Shown here: in pieces, positions 20,759-28,278 of the stretch | Position numbering within the stretch: position 1 is the stretch's first letter | Layout of the letters: each line of letters starts with the position of its first letter | Source of the DNA: a virus | Direction: 5' to 3' (one strand) | Length of the DNA: 64,000 nt | Virus record (IMG/VR): IMGVR_UViG_3300017917_002593 | Location: 1 to 64,000 of that record | Position numbers and translations under genes: made by a program | The notes under the pieces: model-generated | The model's input: the letters and a program-made list of their open reading frames with translations, nothing else | Database searches by the model: none | What the model was told of the DNA's origin: nothing

Positions 20759-22536
20759 CATTTAAAATTAAAAATATAACAGTTAAGAACTTTATGTCTG
20801 TAGGTAATCAAACTCAGGCAGTAGATTTTAACAAAGAGCATTTAACACTTGTATTAGGCGAAAACGTCGACTTAGGTGGAGATGACAGTGGAAGTCGTAA
20901 CGGTACAGGTAAAACAACTATTGTCAATGCCTTATCTTACGCACTGTACGGACAAGCCTTAACTAACATTAAAAAAGAAAACTTAATCAACAAAACTAAC
21001 GGGAAGCACATGTTAGTTACTGTTGAGTTTGATGTCAAAGGACAAAGTTTCCGTATTGAAAGAGGTCGTAAGCCTAACGTTCTCAAGCTGTTTATTAACA
21101 ACACAGAACAAAAAGCCAAGGACGAAGACGACAGTCAGGGCGACAGCCGAGAAACTCAGAAGGCAATTGAAAGTTTATTGGGCATGAGTCACACCATGTT
21201 CAAGCATCTTGTGGCTCTAAATACCTATACAGAACCGTTTTTGTCGATGCGGGCTGCTGATCAACGAGAAGTAATTGAACAATTACTGGGTATCACACTG
21301 TTGTCTGAAAAAGCAGAAGCTCTCAAATCTGCTATTAAGGTCACTAAAGATTCAATTCAAGTAGAAACTTACAAGATTGAAGGTATTAAAAATGCTAACG
21401 AAAATGTTCAAAAGAGCATTGACAGCTTGATTATTAGAAGTTCGGCATGGAATACAAAACACGAGCAAGAATTAGAAAGTCTGGGCCGTGCAATTTTAAA
21501 TCTTGAAGCTGTTGATATTGATGCAGAACTACAACAACATCAAAATCTTAAACTATGGATCGAACAAGATTTAAAGATTAGAAATTTAATCAAACAGAAA
21601 GCTACTTTAGAATCTGCGGTAGGACAAGCACAAAAAACTCTGGACAAGTATACCCGAGAAATGAATGCGCTGTCTAACAAAACATGTCCGGCATGCGAGC
21701 AAGGGCTACATGATCATAAACATGAAGAAATGACAGAGGCTGCGGCAACTCATTTAGTAGAAGCACAGGCTTATTTCGATAAAGTGTCGGGCGATTTGCA
21801 AAAAGTTTTAGAAGAAATTGGCACAGGCGATATGCCCCGCAAGCCTATTACTTTCTATGATACTGAATCAGAAGCGTTAGGACATAAAAGCAATCTTGCA
21901 ACATTAGAAAATGCACTAAACTCAAAGGCAGAAGAGTCTAATCCTTACGAAGAACAAATTGCTGAACTACAAAAAACTGCACTACAGCCTATAGATTGGA
22001 CTACAGTTAACGAGTTATCTAAGTTAAAAGATCATCAAGAGTTTTTATTAAAGTTATTGACTAACAAAGACAGTTTTATTCGCAAGAAGATTATTGATCA
22101 AAACTTAGCACATCTAAACAAACGCCTTAGCTACTATATTGACAAGATGGGTTTACCGCATAAAGTTGTATTCCAAAATGATCTAAACGTAGAAATTACA
22201 CAGCTGGGCCAAGATTTAGATTTCGATAACCTAAGTCGAGGCGAAAGAAATAGATTAATTCTGTCCTTATCTTGGGCATTTAGAGATGTGTGGGAAAACT
22301 TATACCAACATATTAACTTGCTGTTCATTGATGAGCTAATTGATGCAGGTATGGATTCAGCAGGTGTTGAATCTGGGCTTGCTGTCCTAAAAAAGATGGC
22401 ACGAGAACGCAACAAGAATATATACTTAATAAGTCATAAAGACGAATTAATAGGCCGTGTGAACAGTGTGTTGAAGGTCATAAAAGAAAACGGATTTACA
22501 TCATATTCAAATAATGCCGACTCCGAAGAGACATAA
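20755..22536 (+). CDS. gp46: Recombination ATPase gp46 (Rad50/SbcC-like)
   Basis: NFMSVGN, Walker A RNGTGKT, coiled coil with CPAC zinc hook, LSRGE signature, Walker B LLFIDE, ISH. Confidence 0.93.
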   Translation: MTFKIKNITVKNFMSVGNQTQAVDFNKEHLTLVLGENVDLGGDDSGSRNGTGKTTIVNALSYALYGQALTNIKKENLINKTNGKHMLVTVEFDVKGQSFRIERGRKPNVLKLFINNTEQKAKDEDDSQGDSRETQKAIESLLGMSHTMFKHLVALNTYTEPFLSMRAADQREVIEQLLGITLLSEKAEALKSAIKVTKDSIQVETYKIEGIKNANENVQKSIDSLIIRSSAWNTKHEQELESLGRAILNLEAVDIDAELQQHQNLKLWIEQDLKIRNLIKQKATLESAVGQAQKTLDKYTREMNALSNKTCPACEQGLHDHKHEEMTEAAATHLVEAQAYFDKVSGDLQKVLEEIGTGDMPRKPITFYDTESEALGHKSNLATLENALNSKAEESNPYEEQIAELQKTALQPIDWTTVNELSKLKDHQEFLLKLLTNKDSFIRKKIIDQNLAHLNKRLSYYIDKMGLPHKVVFQNDLNVEITQLGQDLDFDNLSRGERNRLILSLSWAFRDVWENLYQHINLLFIDELIDAGMDSAGVESGLAVLKKMARERNKNIYLISHKDELIGRVNSVLKVIKENGFTSYSNNADSEET

Positions 22537-22814
22537 TGCTAAACAAGTACAATGCACTCTATGATAAAATAGTTCAGGATTTAGTTATGTTACACAATGC
22601 AAATATGCATTTCCGTAACAAAATAAGTCAGACATCTGCATTAGAAGTTAGAATGGCTATCAAGTCTCTTCAAACTAATACAAATGAACTACGAAGTGAA
22701 GTGTTAAGAGTGCAGAAAGAGCACAAGAAGTGGTTAAAAACGCAGAGACTTGAATACAAGGCAAGGCTTAAAGCACAAAAGAAACCGTCATTTAAAAAGA
22801 AGGAAATAAAATGA
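22536..22814 (+). CDS. Small basic helical protein, possible divergent Hc1-like paralog
   Basis: TAATG-coupled to gp46; shares R-x-A-[IL]-x2-[LM]-x7-R-x-E-[VI] with the next gene; Lys-rich tail. Confidence 0.5.
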   Translation: MLNKYNALYDKIVQDLVMLHNANMHFRNKISQTSALEVRMAIKSLQTNTNELRSEVLRVQKEHKKWLKTQRLEYKARLKAQKKPSFKKKEIK

Positions 22815-23008
22815 GTACACAACAAGAACTACAAGCAGCATTTGATGCATACATGACAGAGAATGCAAAATTTGAAAGTGGTAATTCTGCTGCCGGAACC
22901 CGTGCCCGCAAAGCATTAGCAGAAATGAGTAAGGCTGTTAAGACTCGCCGCAATGAAATTACAGCAGAAAAGAACGCCCGTAAGGAAGCCAAAGCTACTG
23001 GCAAATAA
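22811..23008 (+). CDS. Histone H1-like (Hc1 family) DNA-binding protein
   Basis: GNSAAGTRARKAL matches the Hc1-family GNKAAGTRARKA motif; SD AGGA. Confidence 0.75.
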   Translation: MSTQQELQAAFDAYMTENAKFESGNSAAGTRARKALAEMSKAVKTRRNEITAEKNARKEAKATGK

Positions 23009-23436
23009 TGACTTGGACCTACCAAGGGCAATTAGTTAATCAGCTACCCGAAGACTGTGTTGGATTTGTTTATCTTATTACCAACACAGTCTCGGGTCGC
23101 AAGTATATTGGCAAAAAATTAGCAAAATTTAGTAAAACGACCTACAAGACTGTAAAGTTGAAGAACGGCACAAAGAAAAGAAAAAAAATCAAAGGCAAAA
23201 TTGATTCAGATTGGCAAGAATATTACGGCTCCAGTGTTGAGCTGACAAAAGACATAGACACCTTAGGCAAAGAAAACTTCTCCCGCGAAATATTATACTA
23301 CTGTAAATCTAAAGCAGAAACATCTTACGTTGAGGCCCGCGAACAATTCGACCGCAAAGTATTAGAATCCGACGAATACTATAACGGACACATACAAGTC
23401 CGTGTACATGGCTCACATATAAAATCTAAAATTTAA
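23008..23436 (+). CDS. denA: GIY-YIG endonuclease, T4 endonuclease II (DenA)-like
   Basis: GFVYLITN...RKYIGKK, W.EYYGSS, F.REIL...E...YYNG.I. Confidence 0.75.
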   Translation: MTWTYQGQLVNQLPEDCVGFVYLITNTVSGRKYIGKKLAKFSKTTYKTVKLKNGTKKRKKIKGKIDSDWQEYYGSSVELTKDIDTLGKENFSREILYYCKSKAETSYVEAREQFDRKVLESDEYYNGHIQVRVHGSHIKSKI

Positions 23437-23437
23437 G

Positions 23438-23872
23438 GCACTTTAAGCGATAAAGGCAAGCGCCGGCTAAAATCGGGCGCCCTATACCTGGACCTCGGGT
23501 CGCAGGGACGGAAATCTCTGGTCGCTAAGAGTACTCAACCACTATCCTTAACAGGACGTAGATCGCAAACTCGCCGCGGTTTGGTTGTTTGAAGCAAGAG
23601 AAAAGGCAAAAAGACGCTGTAGTGATACAGCACGTTTTACAAATATGTTAGCGTATATTTGTAAGACCGCCGTTGTAATAAGACGGGGATGGAGGTACCG
23701 GACAACCGCCTCTGATAAACACCCTAACGCTAAGTGACTATCCGAACTCGGATGATGTTCTTTGCCCTGTGCGGGCAAAGTGTGACCATTGAATCTGGAT
23801 GATATTTAAATCGCTTCGCTATTAATATTGCTTCGAGCGTTTAGCGAAGAAGCAAACGAACGCAGTTCGTTT
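23438..23872 (+). ncRNA. Large structured non-coding element (putative ncRNA and/or origin-associated), family unidentified
   Basis: About 430 nt without a credible ORF, visibly GC-richer than the flanks, containing >=10 hairpins with G.U pairs and a GNRA (GUGA) loop on the + strand. Confidence 0.6.
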
Positions 23873-23879
23873 ATAAATA
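23872..23879 (+). promoter_or_regulatory. T4 late promoter, perfect TATAAATA
   Basis: Exact consensus, 21 nt upstream of the ATG at 23901. Confidence 0.8.
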
Positions 23880-23900
23880 AAAGATATCACTGGAATACCT

Positions 23901-24698
23901 ATGAAAATCACTGAACTCATATTAGAACAAGAACAAATAGATGAATTATCTGCTGCTGGGGTAGGGCAAGGTATTGGTAAAGTTGCCGGAGGTGCAGTAA
24001 AAGGAGTAGGTGATTTCTTCAAAGGAATGAAACAGGGATATAAGGCAGCAAGAAACCCAGGTGTTGCCCAAGAACCGAAAGATAATGCACAAGCACCTGT
24101 TGCTGACAAAGCCCAAATACAGGCTCAGATTGATCAAAAGAAGCAAGAGATTAAAGCACTACAGGCACAAATGACCAAAACTGAACCTGGTATTGGTCAG
24201 GCAAATAACACTGTTTCGGCTACAGCAACTAATACTCCGGCTGCTCAACAGACTGCACAAGGAGTAGCACCACAAGCTGAAACTCCGCCAGTTGAGCCAG
24301 GAATTGGACAGGCTCAAAACACTGTGGCTGCAACTGCATCAAACACAGCACAACCAGATCCGGCACAAATTCGACAGCAAAAACAAGCTGCCGCAGCCAA
24401 AGTAGCACAAGATCAAATGGCTGCTAACCCTGCGCCGGCTCCTCAGGCTGCACCAGCGGCTGATCCTAATGCAAACAAGCCAAGTGCAGATGCTATCAAG
24501 CAGGCTCAACTAAAGAAAAATCTAATGAAAAATCAACAAGCTCGCTCAGCAAGTCCTGCCGCTCCGAGCGGATTTGCAGCAAGTGGTGTTGGCCAAGCTC
24601 GTCAAAGAACCTACGCAGGTGCAGGCGGCGCTCCAAAATCCTATACTGTAAGAGAAGGTGTTGAATTTTACAGTAGCTTCTTAGGTAAGAATATTTAA
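23901..24698 (+). CDS. Ala/Gln/Pro-rich late protein, possible internal head protein
   Basis: Late promoter; N-terminus MKITELILE; internal duplication EPGIGQA.NTV.ATA.NT. Confidence 0.6.
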   Translation: MKITELILEQEQIDELSAAGVGQGIGKVAGGAVKGVGDFFKGMKQGYKAARNPGVAQEPKDNAQAPVADKAQIQAQIDQKKQEIKALQAQMTKTEPGIGQANNTVSATATNTPAAQQTAQGVAPQAETPPVEPGIGQAQNTVAATASNTAQPDPAQIRQQKQAAAAKVAQDQMAANPAPAPQAAPAADPNANKPSADAIKQAQLKKNLMKNQQARSASPAAPSGFAASGVGQARQRTYAGAGGAPKSYTVREGVEFYSSFLGKNI

Positions 24699-24913
24699 AA
24701 GAACGGCAACTTAGTCTTTTTAGTTGTTTCTAAGTTTTCTTTAATTATTTTTCCAATAATTTCAAGATCCTCAGCTTCTAATTCAAACGATTCGGATATG
24801 GTTATGCTACCACGCATAAACCACATGATCTGATAAATTTGATTTTTTAAGGCTTTTGCCTCACGTTCCATACCATCACTTAACTTTTGAATTCCTTCTA
24901 AGTCAAGAGACAA
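24695..24913 (-). CDS. gp51-like / tail-chaperone 'T' segment, probably expressed as a -1 frameshift extension of the upstream gene
   Basis: Only a TTG start with a weak SD; it is in the -1 frame of the upstream ORF and open back through T TTT TTC. Confidence 0.6.
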   Translation of the reverse strand: MSLDLEGIQKLSDGMEREAKALKNQIYQIMWFMRGSITISESFELEAEDLEIIGKIIKENLETTKKTKLPFF

Positions 24914-24918
24914 AAGCC

Positions 24919-25788
24919 TTACCCGAAAAAACTTGACGGGTCAAAGTTTAATGGAATTTCAAGTTCGTCGCCAGTGATGCCAATGTTACGCATTTCATCG
25001 GTAACTGCAATTCTCAAAGGTTTGATAGCGTTTTTTTCTCTAAGCGTATCAACGTGACCTTTGATCTTATCAAACACTTCTTTGTCAACATTATCTACAA
25101 ACTCTTGTATGTGCTGTCTATCGTTGGTAGCTCCGTTGACAGAATCAACCGAAATAATAGATTCTGTAATAACACTTAAGGTTAGTTTGTTGAGTTTGGC
25201 AAAACTTTCTTTGAAAATTTTAATTTTTTCTTCGTCGGATATGGACTCATTGTTAACCACTTGCATGATTTTTTGAGTTTCAAACGTTTGCAGTGCGCCC
25301 TGTGTCATGGTCTTATAGTTGATGGGACGTACATAGACTGTTAGATCATTATTAATTTCTACAACAGGATCCCAAGAAATAGTATTCATCAATTGATCAA
25401 TTACATTTCTTAAATCTAATTCGTACTCGTAATCAACATCTTCGCCTAACTTAACAGGTACACTCATCTTTTCTCCATAGGTTGCAATTCGAATAGCAAT
25501 AAGAATTACATCCATGTCAATGTTGGGAATGTTCCATGCATTTTTAATATTAGGCATACAGTGCTGAATAACATCAACTACTGCCTGTCCGTTCATAAGA
25601 GCATCGGGTATTTTTAACTTTAGCTCGTCCTGTGCAGTCATAGAGTACACAGGGTATTCACCGTTCTCACTAATCTCTAAGCTGTTTTGCTCCCAAAATT
25701 CTCCACCACTTGGCAAGCGAATGTAGATTTTTGGCTGTCTCATCTGTGCTAACAGGGGATTAAGTTGAGCTGATCTTGGTTGTACCAT
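24919..25788 (-). CDS. gp26: Baseplate hub assembly / tail assembly chaperone, T4 gp26-like
   Basis: YIRLPSGG...MTAQDELKL...PDAL.NG...IDMDVILIAIRIATYGE, ending NFDPSSFFG. Confidence 0.7.
   Translation of the reverse strand: MVQPRSAQLNPLLAQMRQPKIYIRLPSGGEFWEQNSLEISENGEYPVYSMTAQDELKLKIPDALMNGQAVVDVIQHCMPNIKNAWNIPNIDMDVILIAIRIATYGEKMSVPVKLGEDVDYEYELDLRNVIDQLMNTISWDPVVEINNDLTVYVRPINYKTMTQGALQTFETQKIMQVVNNESISDEEKIKIFKESFAKLNKLTLSVITESIISVDSVNGATNDRQHIQEFVDNVDKEVFDKIKGHVDTLREKNAIKPLRIAVTDEMRNIGITGDELEIPLNFDPSSFFG
24925..24931 (-). other. -1 ribosomal slippery heptamer T TTT TTC
   Basis: AGT TTT TTC GGG TAA in frame 0; the -1 frame continues TTT CGG GTA AGG CTT TTG TCT into ORF 24695..24913. Confidence 0.7.
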
Positions 25789-25801
25789 GTTTTTGATCTC
25801 C

Positions 25802-25844
25802 GATAAATAAAGTTGAAATACTCTGCGTATTATTTATATACGCA
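25802..25844. promoter_or_regulatory. Face-to-face pair of late promoters: GATAAATA (+, 25802-25809) and TATAAATA (-, 25831-25838)
   Basis: Both lie in the 76-nt gap between divergent genes; the minus-strand box sits within the inverted repeat TGCGTAT/ATACGCA. Confidence 0.65.
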
Positions 25845-25864
25845 CAGAACCACGGAATATAACA

Positions 25865-28276
25865 ATGGCTGAAGTAACAGGTAGAATTGGCGATCAAGAT
25901 GTAGCACTGGATAATGCTGCCACGGAAGCCACGTTAAGGGACCTACTGGCTGCAATGAAAGGGCAGACAGCCGTATTGAGTAAACTGACAAATACTGCTG
26001 GACAGGCAGGAATTAGTCCCCAAGCTATTGCTGCGGCAAACAAAGGGCTGCAACAGATGTCTCCTGCGTTCCAAGCAGGCACCGTAGCAGGCAAAGCATT
26101 AGGTGTTGTATTTTCTGGCCTATCAAAAGGTGCAATGATATTAGGCGGTGTGCTTGGAGATATTGTTGCAAGCGGTTTACAAACCGGCAAAAACTTAATA
26201 GGCTTTGCAGATCAACTGCTCGAAGGTACTGCATCGGTTAGTAATTTATTTGCAGCCTTTAAAGACTTACCACTTGGTGTTGGTGTAGTTGCTGGTTTAT
26301 TTGAAAAATTTGCAAAGATGCAGGAAGCTAATCTTACTGCATTTAGAGATCTAAGTAAAGTTGGAGTTAACTTAGGAGGCGACCTTAATCAAGTTAGACT
26401 ACAGGCATTAGAAGTAGGCCTAACCATGCAAGAATACGGAGCAATAATTTCTGCCAACGCTTCTACTATTGCTCTTATGGGCACAAATGCAGAATCTGGA
26501 GCAAAAGCCTTTAGAAATATCAACAGGATGTTAACAACTGGAGATTTAGGAGGACAGCTCTTATCTCTCGGATACAGCTTTAAAGATATTAATGAACTAA
26601 CAGCAAACTATGTAAAAGTTCAAGGCGGCTTAACTTCTTCTCAAAAGAAAGATTATGCAGGAGTTGCAGCCTCTGTTGCAGCCTACGGCAAAGAATTAGA
26701 TGTATTAGCAAGACTAACTGGTAAAAGCAGAGAGCAACTTGAAAAAGAACAAGAGCAAATGACTCAAGATGCTAACTTTCAGTCTTACCTAAACGGTTTA
26801 GATGAAAAAGAAAGAGAAAAAGCAAATGCTGCTCTAAGACTTGCAATGGCCAGTGGCGGCAAAGGCGCAGCAGATGCCTTAAAAGCCAAACTTATGGGCT
26901 TACCTCCTTTAACTGAAGAAGCTCAAATGTACATGGCCACAATGAAAGACGGTGGTAAGAGCATTGACGAGTTTTCTGATATTGTTAAAAATGGAAAAAC
27001 TCTACAAGAAAGTCAGCTTGCATTAGATAAAGCATTCTCATCAGCTGTTGCTGGCAACATCAAAGACATGAAACAGTTTGAAACTGTTATGCGTGCCGGC
27101 GGTATGACAGGAGACAAATTTGCACAAACCATGATGGGTGTGCAAGAAGCAGTTAACAAATACAAAGCTCAAGGACTAACTGAAGAAGCTGCTATTACAA
27201 AAGCAATTCAAGAAGAAAGAAAGAAGCAATCTGATCAAAATAACTCAGCAGCCGCTTCCGCAGCTGAAGTAGAAAAACAAATGAAGAATCTTGGAGCACA
27301 ATTAATGGGGTCTTTACTGCCTATTTTTGAAGCTCTTACTCCTATTATAAACAATTTGGCAAAAAGTTTTATGGAGTTCTTAAGCGGAAACATGCCTGTT
27401 ATCAAAACAGCAATGACCGAGTTAGCAACTTTTATATCAAACTTTGCAAAAGATCTATTCAGTCAAGCAGGTCGAGATAAGATTATTAATGACTTAAAAT
27501 ACTATTTTGGTTTGGTAATGATTGAAGTTAAGAAAGCAATTGTACCTTTCTATAACGAAAAAGATGCAGATAAAGATAAAGCTAAGTTAGATTTAGAAAA
27601 AGCCGCAGCTGATTCTAAAGCCGAACTTGCAAGAACTGAATTAGAAATCACAAGCAGACAGAGCAAATTAAACAACGAAAAAAGCAAACTAACAGACGAA
27701 CAACGTACACAACTGCAAAAAGAAATTTCTGATCTTGAAAAAAAGAAAAGCGGTCAACAAAATCTTTCAACTAAAGCAGGCGAAGCAAATGCAAGAGTAG
27801 AAGAAGGAAATAAAACAGTTAGCGGTTGGAGTGGAGCAGCCGCAGGTGCAGCTTCTTTGGGATCAGCAGGTGCATTACTTGGAAGTGTTATTCCAGTTGT
27901 AGGAACAGCAGTTGGTGCAGCCATTGGTGCAGCTTTGGGCGGCGCCGCCGGCGGACTTGGACTTATTGATTACGGTCTTAAAGACTATGATCCTCGAAAA
28001 GAATTAAATTCATTACCAAAAGCTGCCAATGGTGGAGTATTTGACGGCCCTGAATCTGGATATAACGTCGAACTCCACGGTAAAGAAAAAGTTGTTCCAA
28101 TAAAGGACGATCTATCATCGAGTCCTCCGACTAAATTTGAAGAAAACTTGTTAGTGGAGCTACAACAGTTAAATAAGCAAACAGCGCAGATGTTGTCTTA
28201 TATGCGTGAAACAAACGATTTCACAAGAAGAAACTTAGATGCAATCCGCGGACTTAACGGGAACCTATTAATTTAA
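25865..28276 (+). CDS. Tape-measure-like protein
   Basis: 803 aa, helical Ala/Leu/Lys-rich, Gly-zipper hydrophobic segment (GAAAG...GAAIGAALGG), C-terminal AANGG.F.GP.SGY.VELHG.E.VVP; adjacent to the chaperone pair. Confidence 0.6.
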   Translation: MAEVTGRIGDQDVALDNAATEATLRDLLAAMKGQTAVLSKLTNTAGQAGISPQAIAAANKGLQQMSPAFQAGTVAGKALGVVFSGLSKGAMILGGVLGDIVASGLQTGKNLIGFADQLLEGTASVSNLFAAFKDLPLGVGVVAGLFEKFAKMQEANLTAFRDLSKVGVNLGGDLNQVRLQALEVGLTMQEYGAIISANASTIALMGTNAESGAKAFRNINRMLTTGDLGGQLLSLGYSFKDINELTANYVKVQGGLTSSQKKDYAGVAASVAAYGKELDVLARLTGKSREQLEKEQEQMTQDANFQSYLNGLDEKEREKANAALRLAMASGGKGAADALKAKLMGLPPLTEEAQMYMATMKDGGKSIDEFSDIVKNGKTLQESQLALDKAFSSAVAGNIKDMKQFETVMRAGGMTGDKFAQTMMGVQEAVNKYKAQGLTEEAAITKAIQEERKKQSDQNNSAAASAAEVEKQMKNLGAQLMGSLLPIFEALTPIINNLAKSFMEFLSGNMPVIKTAMTELATFISNFAKDLFSQAGRDKIINDLKYYFGLVMIEVKKAIVPFYNEKDADKDKAKLDLEKAAADSKAELARTELEITSRQSKLNNEKSKLTDEQRTQLQKEISDLEKKKSGQQNLSTKAGEANARVEEGNKTVSGWSGAAAGAASLGSAGALLGSVIPVVGTAVGAAIGAALGGAAGGLGLIDYGLKDYDPRKELNSLPKAANGGVFDGPESGYNVELHGKEKVVPIKDDLSSSPPTKFEENLLVELQQLNKQTAQMLSYMRETNDFTRRNLDAIRGLNGNLLI

Positions 28277-28278
28277 TT

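Noticed and set aside
23548-23778. 76-aa minus-strand ORF inside the structured element
   Set aside because: No SD or promoter, atypical composition; better explained by the non-coding structure.
23438-23872. Group I intron, tmRNA, RNase P or SRP identity for the structured element
   Set aside because: GACTA is present but has no downstream TAGTC partner for P7, and no gene is interrupted; no tRNA-like ends or ANDEN-type tag; no GAGGAAAGTCC; no SRP domain IV motif.
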